Positions 1 through 9,797 of a stretch of DNA of 64,000 nucleotides are shown piece by piece. Both the position numbers and the translations under genes were made by a program. Every line of letters starts with the position of its first letter. The first letter of the stretch is position 1. Source of the stretch: Minisyncoccota bacterium (lineage in GTDB: Bacteria > Patescibacteriota > Minisyncoccia > Phycocordibacterales > SBAW01); contig DASZRD010000006.1 in the NCBI GenBank assembly GCA_035549255.1, forward strand, positions 18,546 through 82,545, given 5' to 3'. The notes under the pieces were generated by a model, which saw only the letters and a list, made by a program, of their open reading frames with translations, did not search any database and was not told where the DNA came from.

Positions 1-947
1 CGGACAAGCTCGATGCCGAGATTGCGCAGATGCCATTCGAGTGCAAGGTTCGACATCACTGTCCCAACGATGAGCTTTTTGGCAAGCATATCGGCTTCGA
101 GCCAGGTCTCGGCGATGAGCGCCAGGACCTGATCGCCGTCAATGAGCCTGCCGTGCTCGTCGCAGAGCACCACCCGGTCGGCATCGCCATCGAGCGCGAT
201 GCCGATATCGGCGCGGACTCCCTTTACCCTGCGGGAGATCGATTCGGGATGCGTCGAGCCGCACTCGTCGTTGATGTTGTACCCATCGGGCTCGACGCCG
301 ATCGTGAACACCTCGGCGCCGAGCTCGCGCAGCGCCTGCGGAGCCACCTTGTAAGCGGCGCCGTTGGCGCAATCGAGAACGATCCTGAGCCCGTCGAGGT
401 CGAGGTTCTTGGGGAACGTTCCCTCAACGAATTCGACGTAGCGATCCTGCGCGCCGTCGATCCGCTTCGCCCGCCCGATCGAATTGCGATCGGCGAGGCT
501 TCCCATCAGGAACGGGTTGTTGATCATCGCTTCGATTTGATGCTCCTTGTCGTCGGAGATCTTGTAGCCGTCGGGGCCGAACAGCTTGATGCCGTTGTCC
601 GCGTACGGGTTGTGCGACGCCGAGATCATGACGCCCAAGTCCATGCGCATCGCGCGCGTGAGCGCGGCAACGCCGGGGGTCGGGATCGGGCCCGTCTGGT
701 CGACATTCATGCCGGCAGAGAGGAACCCTCCGGTGAGCGTCTGCTCGATCATGTAGCCGGAGAGCCTCGTATCCTTGCCGATGAGAACCTTGCGGTCCCC
801 GCCGTTCTTGAACACGAGCCCAGCGGCCTGGCCCACCTTGAGCGCGAGTTCGGCGGTGAGGTCGAAGTTGGCCTCGCCGCGGATGCCGTCGGTGCCGAAG
901 TGGCGCCGCCAGACCTGCGTCGACTTTTCTTCCTTGGGTTTCTTCAT
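1..947 (-). CDS. glmM: Phosphoglucosamine mutase (3' end runs off window)
   Basis: Not in the ORF track; manual translation from ATG 947 gives MKKPKEEK...HFGTDGIRG...[11 protein letters not shown]...GPIPTPGVA...[19 protein letters not shown]; AGGAG SD upstream. The + strand 30..965 ORF is its antisense shadow. Confidence 0.93.
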   Translation of the reverse strand, partial: MKKPKEEKSTQVWRRHFGTDGIRGEANFDLTAELALKVGQAAGLVFKNGGDRKVLIGKDTRLSGYMIEQTLTGGFLSAGMNVDQTGPIPTPGVAALTRAMRMDLGVMISASHNPYADNGIKLFGPDGYKISDDKEHQIEAMINNPFLMGSLADRNSIGRAKRIDGAQDRYVEFVEGTFPKNLDLDGLRIVLDCANGAAYKVAPQALRELGAEVFTIGVEPDGYNINDECGSTHPESISRRVKGVRADIGIALDGDADRVVLCDEHGRLIDGDQVLALIAETWLEADMLAKKLIVGTVMSNLALEWHLRNLGIELV

Positions 948-989
948 GGAACGTACTCCTTCTGAATCTGATTGAGAATCGTCAAAGAA

Positions 990-1023
990 TCCGCCGGGAA
1001 CAATAGAATTGTTCCCGGCGGAT
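990..1023 (-). terminator. Long perfect inverted repeat after rpsG, overlapping a sigma70-like promoter for glmM
   Basis: ATCCGCCGGGAACAAT / ATTGTTCCCGGCGGAT; minus strand reads TTGACA-17nt-TATTGT across the same stretch. Confidence 0.7.
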
Positions 1024-1050
1024 GTCAATCGTTCCCTGTTTAGTTTGAAA

Positions 1051-1521
1051 TTACCACGCGAAGTGCGCGAATGCCTTGTTGGCTTCGGCCATGCGCAGCG
1101 TGTCGTCGCGCTTCTTGATCGCTGAGCCCTCGTTGTTGGCAGCAGCCATGATTTCAGCCGCGAGTTTCTCGGCCATCGGCTTGCCCTTCCCGCCGCGCGC
1201 TGCGATAAGGATCCAGCGGAACGCGAGCGCCATCTTGCGCTCGGCGCGCACCTCGCGCGGCACCTGATAGTTGGCGCCGCCGACGCGACGCGAGCGGATC
1301 TCCATGGCCGGCCCCACGTTGCGGATCGCGGTTTCGAAGAGCTCGACCGGGTTCTCCACCTTGGCCTTCTCTTTAATAATCTCGAGCGCGTCGTAGACGA
1401 CCTGGCGCGCGGTCGACTTCTTGCCGTCCTGCATGACGGAGTTGATGAACTTCTCCACGCGGACAGAATTGTACTTCATGTCCGGTCCGACGATATTGCG
1501 ATTTTTAACGGGGCGACGCAT
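1051..1521 (-). CDS. rpsG: 30S ribosomal protein S7
   Basis: [29 protein letters not shown] motifs. Confidence 0.98.
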   Translation of the reverse strand: MRRPVKNRNIVGPDMKYNSVRVEKFINSVMQDGKKSTARQVVYDALEIIKEKAKVENPVELFETAIRNVGPAMEIRSRRVGGANYQVPREVRAERKMALAFRWILIAARGGKGKPMAEKLAAEIMAAANNEGSAIKKRDDTLRMAEANKAFAHFAW

Positions 1522-1544
1522 ACAATTAAATAGTCTTTACAAAA

Positions 1545-1952
1545 TTATTTGGGGCGCTTGCCGCCGTAGCGCGAGCGGCTGACGCGGCGCTTCTCGAGAC
1601 CGGAGGCGTCGAGCTTGCCGCGTACGATCTGATAGCGAACGTTGATGTCCTTCACGCGGCCGGCGCGCACAAGCACGACCGAGTGCTCTTGCAGGTTGTG
1701 GCCCTCGCCCGGAATATACGCGGTGATCTCCTGGCCGTTGGTGAGCCGCACGCGGGCGATCTTGCGGATCGCTGAGTTCGGCTTGCGGGGAGTCGTCGTC
1801 GTCACCTTGGTACAGACACCGCGCTTGAAGGGGCTCGGGTAGAAGACCGGGCGGTTCTTGAGCACGTTGAAGCCGCGCCCGAGCGCCGGGGACTTGGATT
1901 TGCTAGTGCGGTTTTTGCGGCCCTTGCGGACCAGTTGCGAGATGCGTGCCAT
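1545..1952 (-). CDS. rpsL: 30S ribosomal protein S12
   Basis: [33 protein letters not shown] motifs; upstream of rpsG. Confidence 0.98.
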   Translation of the reverse strand: MARISQLVRKGRKNRTSKSKSPALGRGFNVLKNRPVFYPSPFKRGVCTKVTTTTPRKPNSAIRKIARVRLTNGQEITAYIPGEGHNLQEHSVVLVRAGRVKDINVRYQIVRGKLDASGLEKRRVSRSRYGGKRPK

Positions 1953-2034
1953 CTTTCAAGTAAAAACGCCCGGAAGGCGTTGGCAGTACTTTACTATATA
2001 TAGGCAATCCCTGCAAACCCCCTTCTGCCGCAAG

Positions 2035-5000
2035 CTATATCTCTTGATAGGATGGCACAATGTCCACGGTTTGTGATGCGCTTGTAGTTGTCGTACCGTC
2101 AGGCGCCGTACAGACAAGCTTGAATGTGGTCGTCTGAGTGATTATAGAAGATACGCCGGCCAAATTGCTCCAGCTTGTCGCATTGGCGGGAGAAGACTGC
2201 GGGAATCCTGCACCCCCCGGACTGCGGCTTACGGTGCAGGAGTCGCTGTTGTTACCGTTTGCCCCGGTGACCATACTCGGCACGCTCCAGGTGATAGTTG
2301 CCGTTGCGCCGGTACGCACGCGACCCGGGGAGACTCCAAGATTGCAGCTCGTTCCTGCGGAGCCATAGCAAGCGGCAAGGGAACTTGAAGGGAGCGAGGC
2401 AGCGCTCTGTTGGTCAGTGATGGTTACCGTATCGCTGCTTGGCGTACCTACGGTATAGCTCGAATCGCCGGGACTCTGCACCGCCATAGTCACCGGTTCA
2501 TTACCTTCGTACAGCGAGTCCTGGATGGGCGTCACCGTCACATCAACTGACGCGGCATTCGCAGGAATAGTGAGGGTTGTTCCGGTCGTCCCGGAGATAC
2601 TCGCGCCGGAGAGCGTGTAGTCGGTGTTGCGGACTGCATTATTTCCACCCGTAATGATATTAAAGAGCACGTTAAGTGCCGAGGAAATATCGAGATTTCC
2701 GGAACTCGGCGTATAGGTTATGACGATGATTCCGGACGCTCCTGCGCCGCCGGTACCGCATGTAGGACCATTATAGCTTGCACCGCCGCTGCTTCCTCCG
2801 CCCCCATAGAGCCCTCCTGCAGAGCCGGTTGTCATTCCATTATTCAATTTACCCGGGGCTCCTCCTCCGCCACCAGAGCCGTGCGAAGAGTCGAATTCTG
2901 TTCCCGCTCCTCCCGCGCCTCCGACATTGCTTCCGCCGGAACCGCCGCCTCCGCCTCCGCTCGTGCCTGGACCGCCGGCCTGGGTATCTCCACCATGCGC
3001 GCCCCCTCCCGTACCATCGGCATTATTGCCGCCATCGCCGCCTGTATATGCGTTATAGGGCATGTTGCCCGCAGCACCCCCGCCATTTCCCCCTCCTCCT
3101 GCGCCCGATCCGCCTAATCCTCCAATTGCATCTCCGCCAACACCGCCGTTCCCCCTTGGTCCGGCTGCGCCGCCGCCGCCAGCAGCAGTCGCCCCGTATC
3201 CCTTGCCTCCGTTTCCTCCGGAGAATTTCGTCGCGCCCTTGCCGCTGCTGGCCGCTCCGCCTGCGGCAGCAGTACTTGGCGCTCCCGAACTACCTCCCTT
3301 CCCGCCCTGCGCACCAACTACTACAGCGGTTCCCGCAAGAGATGCGCAATTTGAAGTCGAGTTGCACAGATAGGTATCACCGCCCGCAGCGCCGACATTG
3401 CAGGAAGGATACGATCCTCCCGAAGCGCCGCCGCTCCCTCCAGCGCCAACAGCAAAGGCAATAGAAGCTCCCGGCGTAAGCGATACATTCGTAGAGGAGG
3501 AAAATCCGCCGCCTCCGCCGCCTCCGCCCACCGCCGAACCGCCGCCGCCCGCGCCGATTACTTGAATGGAATTATTGGAAGAATTCCAGTCTCCAGGAAC
3601 GACCCATGGAGACGCGTTACTGGTAAACAGATAGCCGCGGCACTGCCCTCCGCCAATGGGAGACCCGAACCCGCAGGCGCTTGAGCCATTGGCGGTCCGC
3701 GTGACTGTAAATTTGCCGGTTGTTATCGGGCTTTCTGTCGCAGTCGGATCGCTCGCAGTAATCGTGACCGTCGGCGCGGATGGCGGGAACCAGACACTTG
3801 CCCCGCCGGACACCGCGGCCAGGGTAGAAGCATCCGTACACATAAGGGAGAAAGACGTAGTCTGCGAGAGCGACTGCGTATCGGCAATATTGGCCGAGCC
3901 GTCGGTTCTCCACGGCTCCATCGCATACCCTTCGAACGGGAACGCGCCGTTGATGGGCGTACGATAGATAATGTTGGTGTAGCTGGCTGAATTTACGCCG
4001 CCCAACAGATACAGATAGTTGTTGGCAACGATAATCGCGGAGTAATCGACCGCCGATGGCAGCGCTTTCCCAGTGTCATACCACGTGGTCGGGTCCGTCG
4101 TAGAAGCGGCGTATATTTCGGATGTGACGAAATTTGAAGTGCCATTGGCTGCATTTCCGCCAAACAAATAAAGAGAATCTCCGACAACCGCCAACGCAGA
4201 GTTCGACAAGGGTACCGGGAGCGTCTTGCCCGAGACTACGCTCCACGATGTTGGGTCAGACAAGGGAGCGCGCAGAATAGTATTTATCGGATTAGCGTCA
4301 TCGGTTGAGCCGCCGAATATATATACGTAATTACCCACTATGCCAACACGCCCTTTCTCTATATTAATAGGCATGGTCTTGCCAGTATTCGACCATGAGG
4401 TCGGGTCGGAAATAGGGGCGCGATAAATGACGTTAGTGGGTCCCGAGCTTAAGACCCCGCCGAAGAGGTAGACATAGCCGCCAATAATGGCAAGTTCGCT
4501 TCTCTCGATAGCGGCAGGCAACGTTTTGCCTGAGACGACGCTCCAGTTTGTCGGGTCAGACACCGGAGCGCGATAAATAAGGTTGGAGACGGAGCCGTTG
4601 TTGCATCCGCCGTACAAATAAATGTAGCTCCCCACGGCTGCCAGTTGGAAGCAGCTCATCTTGTTGGGCATGGTTTTGCTGCTGGTGTACCACTTGGTAG
4701 GATCCGTCAAATTCGAAAAGTAAATAGTGTTCTTGAAATTCGTACCATCATACCCGCCGTAGATATATATCTGCCCATTAACGGTAATGGCCTGGAATTT
4801 ATTCATGCTCGCGGGTATGGTCTTGCCGGTATTAATCCACGAAGAAACCGGATCATCCGTTCCAGAGGAGGCGGGAGCGGGAGAAACATTCATAGTGCAG
4901 GAGCCTGGCACGACGCCCGTAGCGCTCCAGGTGACCGACGTCGTACCCTGACCCGACTTCATTGAAGAGGAAGCGACTAGGACTGAAATCGAAGCCGAGC

Positions 5001-5286
5001 CTCCGGCACCCCCTACAGCTCCCAACAGCGAACCTGAACCACCGGGAATATTTGAAAATGGCTGTGCAGGCTGTTCCGAAGACGGCAAAGGATTATTTGC
5101 AGAGAATCTCGGCCCGGTTCCATCGATAGCCTCTATGCACGGACCAACCGATGTCGAAGAAACCTTCGGGAAAATCTGCGGCTGAGCCAAAGCTACCGCA
5201 AAGAGCATGAGCAGCGCCACGCCGCCAGTGAGCTTCGCGATGGTCATGAGCTTGTTGTGGGAGAGGTGCGGTGAAAAATGCCCCAT
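2035..5286 (-). CDS. Large secreted/surface protein: Kelch propeller, glycine-rich domain, Calx-beta-like and Ig-like domains
   Basis: N-terminal hydrophobic signal; six ~50-aa Kelch repeats (YxYLFGG...W); long Gly-rich tract; Calx-beta-like TVTPIQDSLYEGNEPV. Start could be 5247. Confidence 0.8.
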   Translation of the reverse strand: MGHFSPHLSHNKLMTIAKLTGGVALLMLFAVALAQPQIFPKVSSTSVGPCIEAIDGTGPRFSANNPLPSSEQPAQPFSNIPGGSGSLLGAVGGAGGSASISVLVASSSMKSGQGTTSVTWSATGVVPGSCTMNVSPAPASSGTDDPVSSWINTGKTIPASMNKFQAITVNGQIYIYGGYDGTNFKNTIYFSNLTDPTKWYTSSKTMPNKMSCFQLAAVGSYIYLYGGCNNGSVSNLIYRAPVSDPTNWSVVSGKTLPAAIERSELAIIGGYVYLFGGVLSSGPTNVIYRAPISDPTSWSNTGKTMPINIEKGRVGIVGNYVYIFGGSTDDANPINTILRAPLSDPTSWSVVSGKTLPVPLSNSALAVVGDSLYLFGGNAANGTSNFVTSEIYAASTTDPTTWYDTGKALPSAVDYSAIIVANNYLYLLGGVNSASYTNIIYRTPINGAFPFEGYAMEPWRTDGSANIADTQSLSQTTSFSLMCTDASTLAAVSGGASVWFPPSAPTVTITASDPTATESPITTGKFTVTRTANGSSACGFGSPIGGGQCRGYLFTSNASPWVVPGDWNSSNNSIQVIGAGGGGSAVGGGGGGGGFSSSTNVSLTPGASIAFAVGAGGSGGASGGSYPSCNVGAAGGDTYLCNSTSNCASLAGTAVVVGAQGGKGGSSGAPSTAAAGGAASSGKGATKFSGGNGGKGYGATAAGGGGAAGPRGNGGVGGDAIGGLGGSGAGGGGNGGGAAGNMPYNAYTGGDGGNNADGTGGGAHGGDTQAGGPGTSGGGGGGSGGSNVGGAGGAGTEFDSSHGSGGGGGAPGKLNNGMTTGSAGGLYGGGGSSGGASYNGPTCGTGGAGASGIIVITYTPSSGNLDISSALNVLFNIITGGNNAVRNTDYTLSGASISGTTGTTLTIPANAASVDVTVTPIQDSLYEGNEPVTMAVQSPGDSSYTVGTPSSDTVTITDQQSAASLPSSSLAACYGSAGTSCNLGVSPGRVRTGATATITWSVPSMVTGANGNNSDSCTVSRSPGGAGFPQSSPANATSWSNLAGVSSIITQTTTFKLVCTAPDGTTTTSASQTVDIVPSYQEI

Positions 5287-5337
5287 GCACCATCAGTATA
5301 GGGTCGGACCAAATTCCCCGCTCTGCTGTTATCAACA

Positions 5338-5976
5338 CTACGAAAGGGAGACGCCCGTCAGGAGCGTAAAAAGCGATTGCAGAAAGCCCGTGAAGACAGG
5401 CGCCAACAGGAAGTAAAAGACGAGCAGCACCACAAGCGTACCGCCGAGGACCCCGAGCCGCTCGAAGCTCGCGCGGAGGCTGTCGTACGCGCGGCCGAGC
5501 TCGCCCGGAAGTATCGCCGAGAGCACTTTCGAGCCATCCAACGGCGGAATCGGGATGAGGTTAAAAAGCGCAAGCAACATGTTGATGTACGTAATAACCG
5601 CGAGCGCGGATAAGAGGCTCGGGTCGGTGATATCTGCGAATCGGATGATGAGCCCGAAGATAAGCGCGATCACGATATTGGTGCCCGGCCCCGCGAAGGC
5701 GACCAGCGCCTCGTCCCATTTGCCACGGAGGTTGTACGGGTTATAGGGAACCGGCTTGGCGTAGCCGATAAGAAACGGCGAATTGGTAAGGACCAAGAGC
5801 GCGGGCAGGATCACCGTACCGACCGGGTCGATATGCGAGAGGGGGTTGAGCGTAAGGCGGCCTTGGAGCCGCGCGGTCGGGTCGCCAAGCCAATTGGCCA
5901 TGTAGCCATGCGCCACCTCGTGGAGAATGACCGAAAATATGAGGATTATGATGCTGAAGAGGATGTCTGTTGGCAT
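5338..5976 (-). CDS. Site-2 protease family (M50) membrane metalloprotease
   Basis: HEVAH, AGPGTN and NLIPIPPLDG motifs in a hydrophobic protein. Confidence 0.93.
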   Translation of the reverse strand: MPTDILFSIIILIFSVILHEVAHGYMANWLGDPTARLQGRLTLNPLSHIDPVGTVILPALLVLTNSPFLIGYAKPVPYNPYNLRGKWDEALVAFAGPGTNIVIALIFGLIIRFADITDPSLLSALAVITYINMLLALFNLIPIPPLDGSKVLSAILPGELGRAYDSLRASFERLGVLGGTLVVLLVFYFLLAPVFTGFLQSLFTLLTGVSLS

Positions 5977-6015
5977 ATCTATAAAGTCATGATATCATGC
6001 CTGAACATTCGATTT

Positions 6016-6258
6016 ATGGCCAAGATTTGCCCCGTAACCAAGAAAGGCTCGCTTGTCGCAGGCGGCTACGATAACAGCGTACGCGCCGGGAAGTTTAACC
6101 CTACCGGTAAAGTACGCAAGTACGCGAACCTTCAGAAGAAGCGTATTTTCGTGCCGGAGCTCAACCGCACGGTGACCCTTACGCTATCTACCAAAGGCAT
6201 GCGCACGATCACCAAGAACGGCGCGTACAAGACCCTCAAGGCCGCGGGCGTTATATAA
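6016..6258 (+). CDS. rpmB: 50S ribosomal protein L28
   Basis: MAKICPVTKK...ANLQKKRIFVPE...LSTKGMRTI; true start ATG 6016 inside ORF 5833..6258. Confidence 0.9.
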   Translation: MAKICPVTKKGSLVAGGYDNSVRAGKFNPTGKVRKYANLQKKRIFVPELNRTVTLTLSTKGMRTITKNGAYKTLKAAGVI

Positions 6259-6276
6259 CTTAAGAAATCTCAAAGC

Positions 6277-6312
6277 AAAATCGCTCCGGAGCAATCCGGG
6301 GCGTTTTTATTT
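6277..6312. terminator. Intrinsic terminator between convergent rpmB and MBL gene
   Basis: CGCTCCGGA-gcaa-TCCGGGGCG followed by TTTTT, preceded by A run. Confidence 0.7.
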
Positions 6313-7176
6313 GCGCACAAATGTCGTGCCGTCGGAGACAAATTCTACTGTTCCCTCTTCGTCGGTGCGCAGCACCTGCACATTATGCGCGGCGAGGGTG
6401 TCTAGGGTCACTTGCTTGGGGAAGCCGTAGCGGTTGTTGGCGCCAAGCGAGATGATCGCAATCCTAGGATCAACTTCCCCAACAAAGTCGCTCCCGGTCG
6501 AGCCTGCCGAGCCGTGATGGCCGACTTTTAAGATATCGCTTTTGAGTTGCGTCGTGGACCCAAACGCCATCAAACTATTCTCGACATCCATCGGCGCGTC
6601 GCACATGAAGATCATCGAGGTGTTGCCGTAGACCAAGTGCGCGACGATACAACCCTCATTTGCATCGTCGGGCTTGAGAGTCGAGGCGTCGAAATCGGGC
6701 CAGAGGATATCGAGGCGCGCCCCGCCACCGAGATCGAGCCACATGCCGCGACGCGCCAATACGCGCGGGATATGCTCCGTATCGATTTCTTTTTCAAGAG
6801 TCTCTGCCGTAAGCGTCGGCTTCGGGATCCCGGGTTCTATAAAATCACCGACTACGTAGCGTTTAAGCAGGTCAATAAAGCCGGTGATATGGTCGGCATC
6901 GGGGTGCGTCTCCATGACTGCGTCGAGCGAGCGGTCGGCGAGCGGCATGAGTTTGGGCAGCTCGTGGAGGAGCGAGTCATCCGGCCCGCCGTCGATCACG
7001 ATCTGTGCCCCGGTCGGAGATTCTATAAATATGGAGTCGCCCTGCCCCACGTCCATGACGGCGACCGTAAGCACGCCCGGCGGCGTCTCTCCGAACACCT
7101 CCGCCCAGATGCCGACGCACAGGACCGCGAGCGCGCCGAGCGCCAGATATGAAAAATTGCGCCGCAAAAACTCCAT
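6307..7176 (-). CDS. ComEC/Rec2-type metallo-beta-lactamase domain protein (stand-alone C-terminal half of ComEC)
   Basis: DVGQGDS, IDGG, THPDADHITG, LKVGHHGS, NRYGFP, RTDEEG motifs; N-terminal TM helix. Confidence 0.9.
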   Translation of the reverse strand: MEFLRRNFSYLALGALAVLCVGIWAEVFGETPPGVLTVAVMDVGQGDSIFIESPTGAQIVIDGGPDDSLLHELPKLMPLADRSLDAVMETHPDADHITGFIDLLKRYVVGDFIEPGIPKPTLTAETLEKEIDTEHIPRVLARRGMWLDLGGGARLDILWPDFDASTLKPDDANEGCIVAHLVYGNTSMIFMCDAPMDVENSLMAFGSTTQLKSDILKVGHHGSAGSTGSDFVGEVDPRIAIISLGANNRYGFPKQVTLDTLAAHNVQVLRTDEEGTVEFVSDGTTFVRK

Positions 7177-7198
7177 GCGAGCAGTATACCTAGAAAAG

Positions 7199-7230
7199 AA
7201 AAAGGCGCGAGATTTCTCTCGCGCCTTTTT
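7199..7230. terminator. Bidirectional intrinsic terminator
   Basis: AAAAAGGCGCGAGA-tttc-TCTCGCGCCTTTTT. Confidence 0.8.
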
Positions 7231-7251
7231 ATGCCCTTCTCGCCATAGAGG

Positions 7252-7755
7252 CTAGTTGCCGGTGGCCGAAGCAATCATCGGCGTCGGCGGCGCAGGCGGT
7301 GCGTACGGATCGGTTGTGTCGAAATGAGCAGACCGTTCGATGAGCGCCAGCGTGTGGATGTACCAAAGCGGGTCATCGATTACGAGCGGCATGATCGACC
7401 CCCCAAGAAGCGGGTAGACGCCCGCGTCTTGGTTGCTCTGGGCATACTCTTCGGCTTCAGCCCACGTCATGAACGCATGGCAGGTCTGGTCTTCGCCGTC
7501 TTCGTCCAGGCAGATGATCGCGTCGCCCTGTCCGACGATTACCGGACCGTCATCGTCAGTGGCGCTCCAGTCAGTATTGACCGCCGAGACCGGCGGATCC
7601 TGCTCGGTCGAAACAAGAAGGTTCAACGGCGGCGATTGATAAATGGACGCCGAGGAATAGAAATCGAAACCCGCTTCCGGGTCCGACTTGCCCGCCGCCT
7701 GAACGGCAGACGTTACCGCAAAGGCTGCCACAAGGGCAGCAAGCACGACTTTCAT
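7252..7755 (-). CDS. Hypothetical acidic secreted protein
   Basis: Signal peptide ending AVQA; GGAGG SD; upstream TTGCAA-17-CATAGT; downstream terminator. Confidence 0.7.
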   Translation of the reverse strand: MKVVLAALVAAFAVTSAVQAAGKSDPEAGFDFYSSASIYQSPPLNLLVSTEQDPPVSAVNTDWSATDDDGPVIVGQGDAIICLDEDGEDQTCHAFMTWAEAEEYAQSNQDAGVYPLLGGSIMPLVIDDPLWYIHTLALIERSAHFDTTDPYAPPAPPTPMIASATGN

Positions 7756-7891
7756 GTCACTTCCCTCCTAGTTGTTGCAGAACTCGCGAAAAGCTAACAC
7801 CAGCGCAACTATGCAATGATTTGAGTATTTTTGCAACCCTTCTGTGGATATCTTTATCCGCGCTTCAGGAAGAGGGTGGTTTACTAAACGC

Positions 7892-8485
7892 ATGCAATAC
7901 GAAGAAAAAAAGTTCGCTATCCCCGAGCTCGATGGCATCTCTAAGGAGTCTGTTGATCAGCACCTCGGCCTCTATGCGGGCTATGTAAAAAATTTCAACG
8001 CGATCAGCGCCGCGATAGAGGAATTATTGAAGGATCCGGAGAAGAACGCGCTCGCTATCGCCGAGCTGCGCCGCCGGCATTCCTTCGAATTCGACGGCAT
8101 GAAATTGCACGAGCTCTACTTCCCACAGCTCGAGGGCGGCGCATCTTCCCTTTCTCCCGACAGCGCGCTGGCGCAAGCAGTCGCCAAGCATTGGGGCAGC
8201 GCCGATGCGCTCGTGGCGCGCGCGCGGCAGACCGCAACGATCCGCGGGCCAGGTTGGGCTATCCTGTACTACAACCCCGAAGTAAAAGCATTCCACATGG
8301 GCTTCGTCGGCGAGCAGCATCAGGGGCACTTCGCAACGCTCCCCATCGTGCTCGCGCTCGATGTCTGGGAGCACGCGTACGTGCTCGACTACGGCGCCTC
8401 CGGCCGCGGCAAGTATGTCGACGCGTTTTTCAAAAATCTTAATTGGAAGGTTGTCGAGAAGCGGTTTGAAGATATCTCCAAGTAG
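7892..8485 (+). CDS. sod: Fe/Mn superoxide dismutase
   Basis: HLGLY, LHELYF, GPGWA and DVWEHAY ligand motifs. Confidence 0.92.
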   Translation: MQYEEKKFAIPELDGISKESVDQHLGLYAGYVKNFNAISAAIEELLKDPEKNALAIAELRRRHSFEFDGMKLHELYFPQLEGGASSLSPDSALAQAVAKHWGSADALVARARQTATIRGPGWAILYYNPEVKAFHMGFVGEQHQGHFATLPIVLALDVWEHAYVLDYGASGRGKYVDAFFKNLNWKVVEKRFEDISK

Positions 8486-9782
8486 CAAACGTGGTGAGCG
8501 GAATATAGATGAGCACGAGCAGCCACGCGGGGTAGGCTGTTACGATGGCCGACGAGAACGGCAGTGCAGTTGCTGTGGTCGCGATGAGTATCATCCATTT
8601 GAGCAGCGCGTCGCCGAGAATGGTAAACGGCAATGCGAGTACTGGGTGTATAAGGCCGAGCATGCCCGCGATAAATCCTAAGAGCATCGCGAAGGACACC
8701 ACTGGGAGCGCGAGCAGGTTGGCCGGCAGCGCAATAAACGAAAGTACGCCGTTAAAGTAGAGCAGTGCCGGGAGCACAAATATCTGCACAGAAATTGTTG
8801 CGGCAGTTATGGCACGGATATTGAATTTCTCCGGCACCCACGAGACCCAGTGCGAGACCGTGGGTTCGAGCGTAATGAGGCCGAAGGTCGCAAGCACGCT
8901 CAAGATAAATGACGAGTCATAGAGCGCTACGAGCGGGTTCCAGAGGATCATCGCACCGGCAGCGGCAATTAAGCTCCGCATCGCGATTGTCGGCCGCTGC
9001 ATATATTGCGCGACAATCGAGATGAGCCCCATGATGCACGCGCGCACGGTCGTGGCACCCGCGCCCGTCATGAGCGCGAAGAGGATCATGAGCACGCCGC
9101 CGAAGCTGTAGGAGAGCGTGCGCGGCAGGAAACTCGTTACGTAGAGCATCGCGTTGGCGACGATCGAGATGTTATAGCCCGAGAGCACAACCACGTGTAC
9201 GAGGCTTGCGACGATGAACGCATGGTTGAGTTCTGCGGGGAGGCCCGAGCGCTCGCCGAGGAGAATCCCTTCGAGCAGCGAGTTGTCCGGCTCGGGAAAT
9301 AATTTCTCAATCGAGTGCTCGAACGTATGTTTGATAGAAAATAAGAATTTTTGTAGCGACCACTTCCCTATCGTGACATTCGTGATCGTTGCCGGACTCA
9401 TCATTGCCGAGACACCTTGTACGCGCAGATAATCTGCGTAGTCGAACGTCCGACCGGTGTCGGTGTCGAATGATTGCGCTTTTTCAACCTTGCCGCTCAC
9501 GGTTATCGTATCGCCATACTGGACGTCCGCTTGCCGCGCCACGATTGCGAGCAGCACTCCTCGCGCCGGCTGACTATTTATCGTCGCAACATCGACATTG
9601 AGGTGTGCCGAAGTCGCGCGCACGTCCGGGTCGGCAACCACTTTGCCAACCACCGTCACCTGTTGGTCTTGATACCTGAGCAGCGTATCCCCTGCCTCAT
9701 GCCGCCAAAGGAGCCCCACGCGCACAAAAAGGAAGAACCCGTAGGCCGTGAGCAAAAGTATCCAAAGCAGAGCCCGCTGCAT
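8439..9782 (-). CDS. comEC: ComEC/Rec2 competence channel (OB/DUF4131 + Competence domain, no MBL domain)
   Basis: FDYADYL, GILLGE, HVVVLSGYNI, RACIMG, SFILS motifs; many TM segments. Confidence 0.9.
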   Translation of the reverse strand: MQRALLWILLLTAYGFFLFVRVGLLWRHEAGDTLLRYQDQQVTVVGKVVADPDVRATSAHLNVDVATINSQPARGVLLAIVARQADVQYGDTITVSGKVEKAQSFDTDTGRTFDYADYLRVQGVSAMMSPATITNVTIGKWSLQKFLFSIKHTFEHSIEKLFPEPDNSLLEGILLGERSGLPAELNHAFIVASLVHVVVLSGYNISIVANAMLYVTSFLPRTLSYSFGGVLMILFALMTGAGATTVRACIMGLISIVAQYMQRPTIAMRSLIAAAGAMILWNPLVALYDSSFILSVLATFGLITLEPTVSHWVSWVPEKFNIRAITAATISVQIFVLPALLYFNGVLSFIALPANLLALPVVSFAMLLGFIAGMLGLIHPVLALPFTILGDALLKWMILIATTATALPFSSAIVTAYPAWLLVLIYIPLTTFATWRYLQTASRQPSN

Positions 9783-9797
9783 GCGGGCAACTTACCG

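Noticed and set aside
30-965. 311-aa plus-strand ORF
   Set aside because: Antisense shadow of glmM, which has recognisable motifs on the minus strand. The same applies to other long shadow ORFs (e.g. 21707-22495, 35011-36129, 50256-51572).
2700-3680. Gly-rich and Pro-rich tracts as DNA tandem repeats (including the plus-strand 3062..3373 ORF)
   Set aside because: Low-complexity protein coding with varied codons; the Pro-rich ORF is the antisense of the Gly-rich domain.
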